This document shows, piece after piece, positions 16,502-26,504 of a stretch of 32,000 nucleotides of DNA. Source of the stretch: an uncultured bacterium. Lineage in GTDB: Bacteria > GCA-001730085. The position numbers and the translations under genes are program-made. Where the stretch lies: positions 11,599 through 43,598 of the forward strand of contig CAZMGY010000024.1 in NCBI GenBank assembly GCA_964565945.1, given 5' to 3'. A model generated the notes under the pieces. It saw nothing but the letters and a program-made list of their open reading frames with translations, searched no databases and was not told the DNA's origin. Every line of letters begins with the position of its first letter. The first letter of the stretch is position 1.

Positions 16502-17179
16502 TTAACTTACCTTATCAAATAGACGTTGGACAACGAAATCTTCAATCATATCAAGAATACGAGACGAGGTATTCACAAAGCGCAGTCCGTAGGTGTATAG
16601 AAAATCATCATTATCTATAGGGTTATGCCCCCCCCACACAACCACGCACAAATTATCAGCTTCCACCTTTTCTTCCAAATTGAACAAAATATAGATGTAG
16701 TCTCCAACTTCGACATGCTCATTGGCCTGCATAGCCACACCAGTCTTGCAAATATTAACCAAAAAGGACTCTTGAATGTGGCGCATGGGCTCAAAATGAT
16801 CCCCCTCAACCATCACAGCATCACACAAAATACTTTGATGAACATTCATCCGAGGGTACTGACGTCTCTCGATATGCCAACCCGACTCAGTTGGCTTTAA
16901 CATAAGTCTTAAACAACCATCCTTGCGACTGATACCTTCACACGATAAATGAAAGCCCATAATACCTTTTTTCCCATAAAAAATAGCCAACATAGTAGGA
17001 CCTAAAGGAACTTTTCTGAGCAACTCTTCATTGTCCCCAGACACAAGGAGACTATCGGCACTTGCTTCTTCAATAACCACCTTAAGCTCCTGGGAATTCT
17101 GCCCCTCCGAAAAGATAAGCACCATCATATTTTGCAAATTTAACATATCTTTAATTTCTGCAAACGAAAAAACTTCCAT
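16502..17179 (-). CDS. PilZ-domain protein (YcgR-like two-domain layout), putative c-di-GMP receptor
   Basis: RRQYPR (RRxxxR) followed ~40 aa later by NICKTG (D/N-h-S-x-x-G with Ser replaced by Cys). I chose the ATG at 17179, preceded by GGAGGAGGG. The track start at 17194 is a GTG that lies within that SD. Confidence 0.55.
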   Translation of the reverse strand: MEVFSFAEIKDMLNLQNMMVLIFSEGQNSQELKVVIEEASADSLLVSGDNEELLRKVPLGPTMLAIFYGKKGIMGFHLSCEGISRKDGCLRLMLKPTESGWHIERRQYPRMNVHQSILCDAVMVEGDHFEPMRHIQESFLVNICKTGVAMQANEHVEVGDYIYILFNLEEKVEADNLCVVVWGGHNPIDNDDFLYTYGLRFVNTSSRILDMIEDFVVQRLFDKVS

Positions 17180-17253
17180 TGAGCCCTCCTCCACACTAAT
17201 TGTTTTCTCTAAAATTAAAGGATAACATATTATTTAATACAAATCAATATTCT

Positions 17254-18297
17254 TTAACTGTTTTTAATATCGAATTCAAAAACGTGATTCACCGCTTGAG
17301 ATAAAATGCGATCCATGGAAACAAGATGTAACTTGTAACGACCCGCCGCAACCCTCTCGGGCATCTTAAGTCGCAGGGTCAGAGGAAATGAACGCGCGTC
17401 TCGATCTAACGGCATCACCATACGACGGTTCACCCAATACGGAATATCGAGAACAATATCATAATCTTCATTCGTCACAGAAGCATGCATTTGAAGCCAC
17501 ACCTCTCCTTGGGTTGTTTGTCTTAGATTATCAAAAACTATATTCAACCAAATTGGATCCCCTCGATCAAAAACTTTCGCCAGCTTTTCAGGCACTAAAG
17601 CTCCACTGTAGAGCCTCGCTTTCCTAACCAGAAAAGGAAATGTTTTCCAAGACTTAGAGTTTTCCGAAAGCTCCAAAGGCTGCTCAGCTGGACGTAAATC
17701 AAACCCCGTTCGAGCTTCTTGGATATGACAAATCATTCGCTTCACACCTTTCTGCATAAGATGCTCTCGCAAAAGAGCTTTATCTTGATCGGTTCGAAAA
17801 GATAACGAACGATCTTCGACCGTTTGATAGACATCAATCATTGTCTCTTCGAGCACGTGAACTTGGCGGGTATCGTACAAACGATACCCCACCTCCATCG
17901 CCATGGTGGTTTCAATTTTAAGATGCTCTTGGTCCGAAACAACCTTTTCTTGAATATCAAACAGGCCAACGTGCCCCACAAGAACCGCATCAACATTGAG
18001 CAACTTACCAATATCTTGAATCACTTTGGAGCCAAAAGGCTGTTCAAAAAGGTAGGGGTAGTGCACTTGCAGTTGTATCAAAACTCCTTCATCAGTCACT
18101 GCAAAAAAGCCTTTATCTCCCAAAGCCTTCCTTAATAAAACTGCAAAGGCAATTCCATGATCCTCGGAACCAGAAAAATCGAGCACGCATACCTTTTGAA
18201 TGGACTTAGGAATAAAAGCATTCAGATCGCTCTCCAAGGTTCCCCAACATAAGCTAACAACAATGCTTAAGATCCCAAGTTTAAGACGCAGACGCAT
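17254..18297 (-). CDS. Hypothetical exported protein
   Basis: I chose the ATG at 18297, which gives MRLRLKLGILSIVVSLCWGTLES (signal-peptide-like) and a 17-nt overlap with the pepA 3' end. I recognised no family. The track start at 18429 would overlap pepA by 149 nt. Confidence 0.6.
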   Translation of the reverse strand: MRLRLKLGILSIVVSLCWGTLESDLNAFIPKSIQKVCVLDFSGSEDHGIAFAVLLRKALGDKGFFAVTDEGVLIQLQVHYPYLFEQPFGSKVIQDIGKLLNVDAVLVGHVGLFDIQEKVVSDQEHLKIETTMAMEVGYRLYDTRQVHVLEETMIDVYQTVEDRSLSFRTDQDKALLREHLMQKGVKRMICHIQEARTGFDLRPAEQPLELSENSKSWKTFPFLVRKARLYSGALVPEKLAKVFDRGDPIWLNIVFDNLRQTTQGEVWLQMHASVTNEDYDIVLDIPYWVNRRMVMPLDRDARSFPLTLRLKMPERVAAGRYKLHLVSMDRILSQAVNHVFEFDIKNS

Positions 18298-19702
18298 GAG
18301 TCTCCAACCATTGAGAAAGCAACCGCACTCCAAAACCCGTGGCATGTTTAGGCACATAACCTTTCGCCTCTCCATCGTTGTTAGCCACACCAGCAATATC
18401 CAAGTGCGCCCAAGCGGTTTTGCCAACAAACTCTTGCAAAAAGGTAGCTGCCGTTATAGAACCAGCATGACCACGACCAAGGTTCGAAAGATTATTCAAA
18501 TCAGCCAAGTCACCCTTCATCGCATCGGAATATTCTTGATAAAGAGGTAAACGCCATAAACGTTCATGCGTTTGCTCTCCCGCTTGAAACAAACTTTCCG
18601 CAAGGTCATCATTGTTTGCAAAAAGTCCCGCCACAATGCTACCAAACGACACCAAAATAGCTCCCGTCAAAGTGGCTAAATTAACCATCTCTGTAGGTTT
18701 GTAGGTTTCACTTACATACGTTAGAGCATCCGCCAAAATCAAGCGCCCTTCGGCATCAGTGTTTTTGATTTGAACAGTTTTGCCTGAGTAAGATCTGTAA
18801 ATATCCCCAGGAAAATAAGCATCTCCACCAATCGCATTGTAAGCAGCCGCCACGGCGCACACCACATTCACTTTAAGACCCAAAGCGACAACCGTCTTGA
18901 ACAGGCCCAAGGTAGTTGCTGCTCCAGCCATATCGTAACGCATGGTTTCGATACTGCCCGAAGGCTTTAAATTCAATCCCCCTGTATCAAAAGTGATCCC
19001 TTTACCAACCACAGCCCTCACCTTTTTTGAATCGGGATTTCCTTTGTATTCAAGGATGATCAATCGAGGAGGATAAGGCCCACCTTGCCCCACTGCTTGC
19101 AACAAGCCCATACCTTCTTTGGCTATCTTTTTTTCATCAAAAATAGTTACTTTACACTCTTTATGAGCTTTAACCATCTCCTTCGCTTGATCAGCCAAAT
19201 AAGCTGGCGTGACCACATGAGCCATCTCATTCACCAAATCCCGGGTGTAAGACGTACCTTCGGCAATGGTTTGAGCATAAGTAATATCTGCAGAAGCAAC
19301 TTTAGCTCCGACCAAATCAACCGATTTTAACGCTTTGGATGATCCTTTGTCTGTTTTATACTTATCAAAGCAATAATTTTTTAAAATCAAAGCTTCGGTT
19401 ACAGCCTTGGTCATATCACTTACATCAATGCTTTTAAGATCAGGCACAAGGAGAGATACATTCTCTTTCTTAATTTTTTGCGCTTCAGAAACAGCCAAAG
19501 CGACCGCATGACGTACACTCTCTAAAGTCACTTTTTTTTCGTCACCAAGGCCAACATGAATTTTGGTGGCTGTCGGGCAATACAAAACAACAACTTCTTT
19601 GTTATCTCCCGAGAATTCTTTGATTTTTTTAGATTGCTCTTTGCTAAGTAAAATTAAATGTGTTTTGATTCGTGCCGATTTGCTTGCTTGAATTTTAATC
19701 AT
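18281..19702 (-). CDS. pepA: Leucyl aminopeptidase (M17 family)
   Basis: VGKGITFDTGG and NTDAEGRLILADAL metal-site motifs. Length is 473 aa. AAGGGAG SD upstream. Confidence 0.9.
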   Translation of the reverse strand: MIKIQASKSARIKTHLILLSKEQSKKIKEFSGDNKEVVVLYCPTATKIHVGLGDEKKVTLESVRHAVALAVSEAQKIKKENVSLLVPDLKSIDVSDMTKAVTEALILKNYCFDKYKTDKGSSKALKSVDLVGAKVASADITYAQTIAEGTSYTRDLVNEMAHVVTPAYLADQAKEMVKAHKECKVTIFDEKKIAKEGMGLLQAVGQGGPYPPRLIILEYKGNPDSKKVRAVVGKGITFDTGGLNLKPSGSIETMRYDMAGAATTLGLFKTVVALGLKVNVVCAVAAAYNAIGGDAYFPGDIYRSYSGKTVQIKNTDAEGRLILADALTYVSETYKPTEMVNLATLTGAILVSFGSIVAGLFANNDDLAESLFQAGEQTHERLWRLPLYQEYSDAMKGDLADLNNLSNLGRGHAGSITAATFLQEFVGKTAWAHLDIAGVANNDGEAKGYVPKHATGFGVRLLSQWLETHASAS

Positions 19703-19774
19703 GGTTTCAGACTCCCTTTAGCATTTGTGTGTCTTATCGTACTCAATGCACGCTTGATTGACAAGTCAACATCA

Positions 19775-20668
19775 TCACCCCTCCTTCATCCAACGATGCG
19801 TACCTAAACCACACGCAACATCATTTTTTTGCCAGGCACAAGCCAATGCCCTCAAAGCCTGAAGTCCCACTTCTGATTCAAAACAAGAGCTAATCACTAG
19901 CGCGCACGAATGGCTTTGTGCCAAATCACGCAAAGGCTTCAGTCGATCCAGGCCCCCCACCAATGTTGGCTTAACAACTAAAGCCTTAAAGACATCCATC
20001 GAAGAGCGCCAATCCCAATCGTTCCAATAGAGACTCTCATCTAAGGCAAGGGGCACCTTCGTTTGCTCCATCAAAAGAAGCCAATCATTCGGATCCTTAC
20101 AAGGCTCTTCAATGAATTCAAGCGGCCAAGAGGCCGTTTGCTCACAAAAATCAAGGACATCGTGCAAACTCCAGGCCCGATTAGCATCGATGCGTAAGTG
20201 ACGAGGCCGGTAGAGCTCAACTACCTGTTGGACACGTTCAATATCTTCTGCTACAGGCAACTCCCCCACCTTAAGCTTAAGCGTAGATCCTAAAGACACA
20301 TCTGCACCTTCGCGATATAATTCAGCAACTGGCAATTTTTCTAGAGGAATCGGCAAGGTATCAGACCACCATTGAGCTAAAGAACATTGGTTTTGCAACG
20401 CTTTAAGAGAATTTTGAGCCACATCAACCGCCCAACAAGCCGAAGGCGACCGAAGAGAATCAAGACCTTTCGTCCAACCTTCTAATTCACTCAGGACATC
20501 CTCAATTGACTCCCGAGAAAACCCAGGCAGAGGAGCCGCATCGCCCCAAACTCTCAAAGAACCCTCTCTTAAGCCTACAAGAACCCCTTGACGTTCACGA
20601 ATCGTGAGACCTTTCCAGCGAAGCGGATGTTTGAGAGGCAAGGCGTATCGCTTTAATTCCACGAGCAT
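19775..20668 (-). CDS. menC: o-Succinylbenzoate synthase (enolase superfamily)
   Basis: KLKVG, RIDANRAW, IEEP and LDES motifs in enolase-superfamily order. It is the last gene of the men operon and abuts the menA stop. Confidence 0.8.
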   Translation of the reverse strand: MLVELKRYALPLKHPLRWKGLTIRERQGVLVGLREGSLRVWGDAAPLPGFSRESIEDVLSELEGWTKGLDSLRSPSACWAVDVAQNSLKALQNQCSLAQWWSDTLPIPLEKLPVAELYREGADVSLGSTLKLKVGELPVAEDIERVQQVVELYRPRHLRIDANRAWSLHDVLDFCEQTASWPLEFIEEPCKDPNDWLLLMEQTKVPLALDESLYWNDWDWRSSMDVFKALVVKPTLVGGLDRLKPLRDLAQSHSCALVISSCFESEVGLQALRALACAWQKNDVACGLGTHRWMKEG

Positions 20669-21571
20669 TTAAAACAACCATCCCAACGTGAATAAAATGG
20701 TATAAAGCAACAAAAGCTTGCCTGTGCGAGCCAAAGTTTGATTCAAGGAGGGCCCATCGATTTGTGGATTCCAAACCGCTCGTAAGGATGGCAAAGCCAA
20801 AATGGGAATCACAATCGGAATCACAATATAAAAATGTTTATCCTTAAGCACCGCTAAAGCTATCGCAATCGCTACCGCTAAAACCAGTGAAACCACATAT
20901 TCAACGCGGGCAAACATTGGTCCAAATCGCACCGCCAAGGTTTTTTTACCAGCACTCCGATCCCCAGCAACATCACGCAAATTGTTCACCGTAATAAGCG
21001 CCACCGAAAAAAATCCCGGAGCAAAACCCACCAAAATAGCCAAACGACTGACTTCAGCCGTTTGCAAATAATAGGTTCCCGCCACAGCCATGGGACCAAA
21101 AAAGACAAAAGCAAAAATATCTCCGAGTCCGTGATAGCCTAAAGGAAACATCCCTCCTGTATACATAAAACCAGCACACACCGAAAGAAACGTCAAAAAG
21201 AAAATCTCCCACCCCAGCGATAAACTAAAATAAGCTCCAATGAGCAAACTTAAGCCAAAACTCAAAATAATCGCCACACGCATTGAGGGTTCGGTCACAA
21301 GCCCAGCTTGCATAACGCGCAAAGGACCAATCCTCTCTTCATTATCGGTTCCGCGAATGCAATCGTAATAATCGTTGGTTAAATTGGTTCCTATTTGAAG
21401 CCCTAGCACTGCCAACAAAGCCAAAATCATCACGATCACAGAAAACTGACCACAACCCCAGGCCAGAACAGAAGACATCATAATCGGACAGATCGAAGCC
21501 CACAAAGTTTGAGGGCGAATCGCCTTCCACCAAATTCGTGTGCGTGATAGCTTTTGTCCCGTCTGACTCAT
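20669..21571 (-). CDS. menA: 1,4-dihydroxy-2-naphthoate polyprenyltransferase
   Basis: Polytopic UbiA-family protein with NLTNDYYD and a second Asp-rich region (NNLRDVAGD). men operon context. Confidence 0.85.
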   Translation of the reverse strand: MSQTGQKLSRTRIWWKAIRPQTLWASICPIMMSSVLAWGCGQFSVIVMILALLAVLGLQIGTNLTNDYYDCIRGTDNEERIGPLRVMQAGLVTEPSMRVAIILSFGLSLLIGAYFSLSLGWEIFFLTFLSVCAGFMYTGGMFPLGYHGLGDIFAFVFFGPMAVAGTYYLQTAEVSRLAILVGFAPGFFSVALITVNNLRDVAGDRSAGKKTLAVRFGPMFARVEYVVSLVLAVAIAIALAVLKDKHFYIVIPIVIPILALPSLRAVWNPQIDGPSLNQTLARTGKLLLLYTILFTLGWLF

Positions 21572-21580
21572 GCCACAATC

Positions 21581-22435
21581 CTATGACCTTTTGGGAAATT
21601 TGGAAAAGTCGGGTTGACGTTTTTCGTTAAACGCATTGCGACCTTCTTGACCTTCTTCCGTCATGTAAAACAGCATAGTGGCATTACCTGCCATTTCTTG
21701 CAAACCAGATTGACCATCACAGTCCGCATTTAAGGCCGCCTTCAAAAAACGCAAGGCCAGAGGGGAGTGTTGTAACATTTCTCGACACCACTGTACGGTT
21801 TCTTCTTCGAGTTGCTCGTAAGGGACCACAGTGTTAACCAGACCCATATCCAGCGCTTCTTGGGCATTATATTGACGACACAAAAACCAAATTTCACGCG
21901 CCTTTTTTTGACCAACAATACGCGCCATATAACTGGCTCCGAATCCTCCATCAAAAGAGCCTACACGAGGACCCGCTTGACCAAAAACAGCATTATCTGC
22001 GGCAATGGTTAAATCACACACCATATGCAATACATGTCCGCCACCAATTGCGTAACCGGCCACCATAGCCACCACGGGTTTAGGGCAAGTACGAATATCT
22101 CTCTGAAAATCCAAAACATTCAAGCGATGAACACCTTCATTATCGGCATACCCTGCATCACCACGAATTTTCTGATCCCCACCCGAACAAAAAGCCAACT
22201 CACCCTCTCCAGTCAAAATAATCGCACCAATACGGTCGTCGTGGCGCGCATCAGAAAGGGCTTCTATCATTTGATCAACCGTTTGAGGGCGGAAAGCATT
22301 GCGTCGCTCGGGGCGATTGATTGTGATTTTAGCAATACCTTCCTCTTTGGCCTTATGATACAAAATATCGCTATATTCTTTGACAATAATCCATTTCACC
22401 GAATTTTGTTCAACAACAGCTATGCTTCGACTCAT
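21581..22435 (-). CDS. menB: 1,4-dihydroxy-2-naphthoyl-CoA synthase
   Basis: Crotonase fold with [12 protein letters not shown] and [19 protein letters not shown]. Length is 284 aa. Confidence 0.95.
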   Translation of the reverse strand: MSRSIAVVEQNSVKWIIVKEYSDILYHKAKEEGIAKITINRPERRNAFRPQTVDQMIEALSDARHDDRIGAIILTGEGELAFCSGGDQKIRGDAGYADNEGVHRLNVLDFQRDIRTCPKPVVAMVAGYAIGGGHVLHMVCDLTIAADNAVFGQAGPRVGSFDGGFGASYMARIVGQKKAREIWFLCRQYNAQEALDMGLVNTVVPYEQLEEETVQWCREMLQHSPLALRFLKAALNADCDGQSGLQEMAGNATMLFYMTEEGQEGRNAFNEKRQPDFSKFPKRS

Positions 22436-22459
22436 GCTAACTCCATTTATTATTTAAAC

Positions 22460-23245
22460 TTATAAATTTAGAAAATTCGTTAATATTCTAACATAATCAG
22501 CCACTTTTTCCACATGGACATTATGGCCACAATCGGATAGCACATGGAGTTGAGACTGAGAAAATCCTCGGAGCATATCTTCGGCAAAGCCAAAAAACTT
22601 ACTATCATTTTCACCCACAATCAACAAAACCGGACAGGACACTTCATGCAGACGTCCCCACAACGACGGTTGAGCTCCAGTACTTAAAGCTCTCAAAGCT
22701 TGAGCCACCAATAAAGCCTTGTTTGTAAGACGTGGCTTAAGAAATTCTTTGAACAATTCAGGATTTCGTTTGATCGATTTGAAAAAAGGCTGCTCATACC
22801 ACTTGATCAAATAGCCTCGAAAGTTATCCTGCTCTTTCTCAATTTGCCTGGCAATATACTCATCATGCTTGACTCGCTTTGCTTGCTCATCCAGGGTTTT
22901 TAATCCAGGGCAAGAACCTTCCATCGTCAAACTTAAATAACGTTCTGGATTTTGTAAGACCATTTGCAAAGCCACACGCCCCCCCATCGAATAACCTAGC
23001 AAATGACAGGTGGGTATCGCTAAATCATCAAGCAACTCATTGATAGATTTTGCAGCTTTCGGTAGTGAGTTATTCTGCTCCGAGATAGACATTCCTCCAT
23101 GACCAGGCAAATCAATCGTTAAACATGAGTACTCTAACAACATCTTAAGGCAAACAGCATCCCAATCGGCCTGATTGCCCAAAAATCCATGTAAAAGCAC
23201 CAAGGTTGGTTTAGACGCATCTCCATGCAATTGATAGCTAATCAT
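22460..23245 (-). CDS. menH: SHCHC synthase (alpha/beta hydrolase)
   Basis: LVLLHGFLG oxyanion region, nucleophile elbow GYSMGG, and C-terminal GHNVH. The position between menD and menB supports the call. Confidence 0.75.
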   Translation of the reverse strand: MISYQLHGDASKPTLVLLHGFLGNQADWDAVCLKMLLEYSCLTIDLPGHGGMSISEQNNSLPKAAKSINELLDDLAIPTCHLLGYSMGGRVALQMVLQNPERYLSLTMEGSCPGLKTLDEQAKRVKHDEYIARQIEKEQDNFRGYLIKWYEQPFFKSIKRNPELFKEFLKPRLTNKALLVAQALRALSTGAQPSLWGRLHEVSCPVLLIVGENDSKFFGFAEDMLRGFSQSQLHVLSDCGHNVHVEKVADYVRILTNFLNL

Positions 23246-23248
23246 CGC

Positions 23249-24883
23249 CTACACTTTCACCTCAATCACAAGGGTTTGCTCCTCTTGCTGAGCTTCACGA
23301 TAAATCTCACCCAAGGCTTCCAACGAATCAACACACACATAGTCCAAATGAAACGCCGCTGAATTCTCCTGAAAATCACTATAATGAGGAGTTTGATAGA
23401 GCTCATCAAATTCCTCTTCCGTCAAAGCTTGTTTCATAGGCAACTTGCTAAAAATGCCCCCTCCATTATTGTTGATCACAACGATGCGTATCGGTATATC
23501 CGACGAAGCTACGGCCTGCAAGGCATTTAGATCATACAATAAAGCTAAATCACCTATCAGAAGTGTCATTGCTTTGTGATGACCTTCGGCAAAACCTAAA
23601 GCTGTCGAAACCACTCCATCAATCCCACTAACCCCTCGATTGGCCGCAACAGGAATGACCCGCTTAACTTGAGGAGCATAACGATCGACATAACGAATCG
23701 CCAAACTGTTCGATACAAATAAAACACTCTCAGCATCCAAATCTTCGATCACGCGGCGATGCACAGCCACCTCCAAATGATCGGAGATATCATAGGTTTC
23801 AGCCAAAGCGTGACCGCAGTTTTGGTTAATTTTTTTAAGCTCCTTCACAAAAGAAGCATTTGCTTTGATTTTAATATCTTTCACTAAGGTTTGACAAAAC
23901 AATGCTGGCGCCACTCTTACATGATGTGTGGACCGATGATGCACGTCATGGCGATGCGCCTCATCAAGAACCGACACACACACGTAGGGTTTTAGATCCA
24001 CCATCCACTGGTGAAGCTTTTTCGAAACAAAACTCCGGCCAAAACAGAGTATATGTTTGACTGGAGGCAACAAGCCCTGCTGTAACATATCTTCGTAATA
24101 AAAAAGAAGGTTTGCATTTTCGGAATGCAAACGCAAACCCGATAACACATCGGGGCACACTGGCCAACCCAAAGCCTCCGCCAGCTGAAGTATAGCAGCA
24201 GCATCTCGTTCGCTTAAACCCGAACCAGCTAAAATAAGTCCTTGTATTCCTTTTTGAAAAAGTTCAATCAGCTCCTTGGGCAAGTTCGCCTTACAGTAAT
24301 TGGGAGAAATTGTATGACACGATGCAAGCAAATGATCGGCATCACTGTTAATATCTGGCTCCAAAGGCTCTCTCCAGCCACAATTGATTTGAACTGGGCC
24401 AGGCAAAGGTCCCTGCGCTAGACGACAAGCTTGACTCACACTTGCGGCCAGATAAGCGTCATCGGTTACACCTTCATTCAGACTTAAGTTATGAAAGTGT
24501 CTGAGATATAAACCAAACAAGCGACTTTGATCCATCGTTTGGTTGGCTCCACAATCTAACATCTCTAAGGGGCGATCCGCCGAGATAACCAGCAAAGGAA
24601 CTCGATCCAAAGACGCTTCCGTGACTGCTGGTAAAACATTCGCCACCGCAGTTCCCGAAGTGGTTAACACCGCCGCCGCAGTTTTGGTGGCTCTCGCCCA
24701 TCCCAATGCTCTGTAAGCTGCCCCACGCTCATCCACTTGATGGTTCAAAACAACTTTGGGATGCCGTAATGCAGCAACAAGCACCGGACTCAGCCGATAT
24801 CCCGATCCAAAAACCATGTATGTCACACCTTGATCCACCAAGGTCTGTACTATTTGGCCGGCCCATTTGTTTTGCATATGCAT
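23249..24883 (-). CDS. menD: SEPHCHC synthase (ThDP-dependent)
   Basis: ThDP motif GDLALLYDLNAL...NNNGGGIF. Two candidate ATGs, at 24883 and 24877. The GAAGGAG SD spacing (3 vs 9 nt) favours 24877. Confidence 0.9.
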   Translation of the reverse strand: MHMQNKWAGQIVQTLVDQGVTYMVFGSGYRLSPVLVAALRHPKVVLNHQVDERGAAYRALGWARATKTAAAVLTTSGTAVANVLPAVTEASLDRVPLLVISADRPLEMLDCGANQTMDQSRLFGLYLRHFHNLSLNEGVTDDAYLAASVSQACRLAQGPLPGPVQINCGWREPLEPDINSDADHLLASCHTISPNYCKANLPKELIELFQKGIQGLILAGSGLSERDAAAILQLAEALGWPVCPDVLSGLRLHSENANLLFYYEDMLQQGLLPPVKHILCFGRSFVSKKLHQWMVDLKPYVCVSVLDEAHRHDVHHRSTHHVRVAPALFCQTLVKDIKIKANASFVKELKKINQNCGHALAETYDISDHLEVAVHRRVIEDLDAESVLFVSNSLAIRYVDRYAPQVKRVIPVAANRGVSGIDGVVSTALGFAEGHHKAMTLLIGDLALLYDLNALQAVASSDIPIRIVVINNNGGGIFSKLPMKQALTEEEFDELYQTPHYSDFQENSAAFHLDYVCVDSLEALGEIYREAQQEEQTLVIEVKV

Positions 24884-25142
24884 TCACTCCTTCACGCCAC
24901 AATATCTTCCAAGTTTTTTTTCGCCTTGATATCGTTACTGTTTAATAGCGCAGAATATCATACTGTATTTTTAGCCCCTTGGTGTAACGTTCAATTTAGG
25001 ATGGGGCCCCAAAAACCCAATAAAGGCTTGCAAAGAAATATAAGAACCTGCCCCATTCCTACATGTGCTTTTCATTGATTATCTTTTGCCCAGGTGTCTA
25101 TCATACAATGCAAAGTATAGCTTATCAAAAGAGTGTTTTAAA

Positions 25143-26504
25143 TTAAGAAACGACATCAATAAAATTAGCAATTTTATTTTCGATTTCGTTCCACTCGGCC
25201 TCTGGCGAAGACCCTTTCACAATCCCAGCTCCCGAAAACAGGTGCATTTTTGCGCCTTTGACTAAGGCCGATCGAATCGCCACAGCAAACTCAACCTCAT
25301 CGCGAGCAACCCAACCTACCAAGCCACTATACCATCCTCGCTCGAAAGGTTCCCAGTCACGAATCAGTTGCAAAGCCTTTTCACGGGGCGTACCCCCCAA
25401 GGCAGGTGTAGGATGCAAAACCTGAACCAACTGCTTATCACTCACAGTTTCTTTTAATAAGCCCTTAACCCCCGCAAACAGATGCTGACCGCGATGCAAC
25501 TTAATCAACGATACTTCGCGGTTAACACGCAAACTTTCGGTCAACGGTTCAAGATCCTGCATGATTTGCTCAATCACAAAACGATGCTCCTGAATATCTT
25601 TGTGCGAACTCATTAGTTCGATGGATAATAAACGGTCTTCCGCTTCCGTTGCCCCTCGAGGCCGTGTTCCAGCCAAAGCTTCACTGCGAATCAAGCGTTG
25701 CTTACGTTGATACAACCTTTCGGGGCTAACACCAATAAAAGCTGCTTGGGGGTTCAATTGGAAACAAAACTGATAACAATCTTGAGTGGTCAGAGAGAGT
25801 TGACGTAACAAGCGAATAGCGTCGATTTCTTGCTCACAGATCAAAGAAGACCGACGCGCCATCACAACTTTTTGCAAATCGCAACGATTGATTTCATCTA
25901 AAACAAGACCTATCGTTTGCAACCATTCGTGATGCTTAGGAAAGTCTTGACGGTCCAAACACGATAGCTGGTAAACACTGTCGTCACTTTGTTCCGGCCA
26001 GCAAACGCGATCCATATTTGCAAGAGCCTTGAGCTTAGTTTTTTCAAACTGTTCTTCATCTTCGCCCCAGACATTGCAGGCCAAATACATCCCACGCGAA
26101 CTGAGTCCAAGCTCGATAAGAGGCAAGACAAAGTACGATTGAGCTAAATCGCCCCATAACTCATCGCTCTGCATATGATCAAAAAAAGGAATACCCCCCA
26201 AGTAACGCTGCTGAGGAAACTCTGGGTGGAGTCGTTCTTGCATCAAAGCCCAATAATCCACCGCATCATTGACGCTCGACAAACATATATGATCCGCCAC
26301 ACCGAGACCCGCCATGACAAATTCATCTCCCCTGTCTCGCCAATAAAAACGCTCTATTTCACACGATTGCTTCTCTAACCAATGCAAAACATCACCCGAA
26401 TCAACTCTCATCTCAACGCGCTGAGCTTGCTGAGATCGATAAACGAGAGCCCTAAGGTTATTTTTAAAAACATCTAAGTGAACCATATCAAACATAACGG
26501 ACAT
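25143..26504 (-). CDS. menF: Isochorismate synthase
   Basis: Chorismate-binding motifs HPTPALGGTP and RGWYSGLVGW. I chose the ATG at 26504, which overlaps the ubiE stop (TAATG). The track start at 26519 is a TTG. Confidence 0.85.
   Translation of the reverse strand: MSVMFDMVHLDVFKNNLRALVYRSQQAQRVEMRVDSGDVLHWLEKQSCEIERFYWRDRGDEFVMAGLGVADHICLSSVNDAVDYWALMQERLHPEFPQQRYLGGIPFFDHMQSDELWGDLAQSYFVLPLIELGLSSRGMYLACNVWGEDEEQFEKTKLKALANMDRVCWPEQSDDSVYQLSCLDRQDFPKHHEWLQTIGLVLDEINRCDLQKVVMARRSSLICEQEIDAIRLLRQLSLTTQDCYQFCFQLNPQAAFIGVSPERLYQRKQRLIRSEALAGTRPRGATEAEDRLLSIELMSSHKDIQEHRFVIEQIMQDLEPLTESLRVNREVSLIKLHRGQHLFAGVKGLLKETVSDKQLVQVLHPTPALGGTPREKALQLIRDWEPFERGWYSGLVGWVARDEVEFAVAIRSALVKGAKMHLFSGAGIVKGSSPEAEWNEIENKIANFIDVVS

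Noticed and set aside
18298-18429. Upstream extension of the exported hypothetical protein (track start at 18429).
   Set aside because: It would overlap pepA by 149 nt. The extension has no signal-like features, whereas the ATG at 18297 yields a clean signal peptide.
19758-19769. TTGAC-AA-GTCAA palindrome between menC and pepA.
   Set aside because: The arms are only 5 bp, which is expected by chance. A TTGACT on the minus strand has no matching -10 at the proper spacing.
24830-25265. Plus-strand ORFs of 82 aa and 66 aa spanning the menD-menF gap.
   Set aside because: They overlap the menD start and the menF end on the opposite strand. There is no SD and the composition is odd. The gap is better explained as regulatory.
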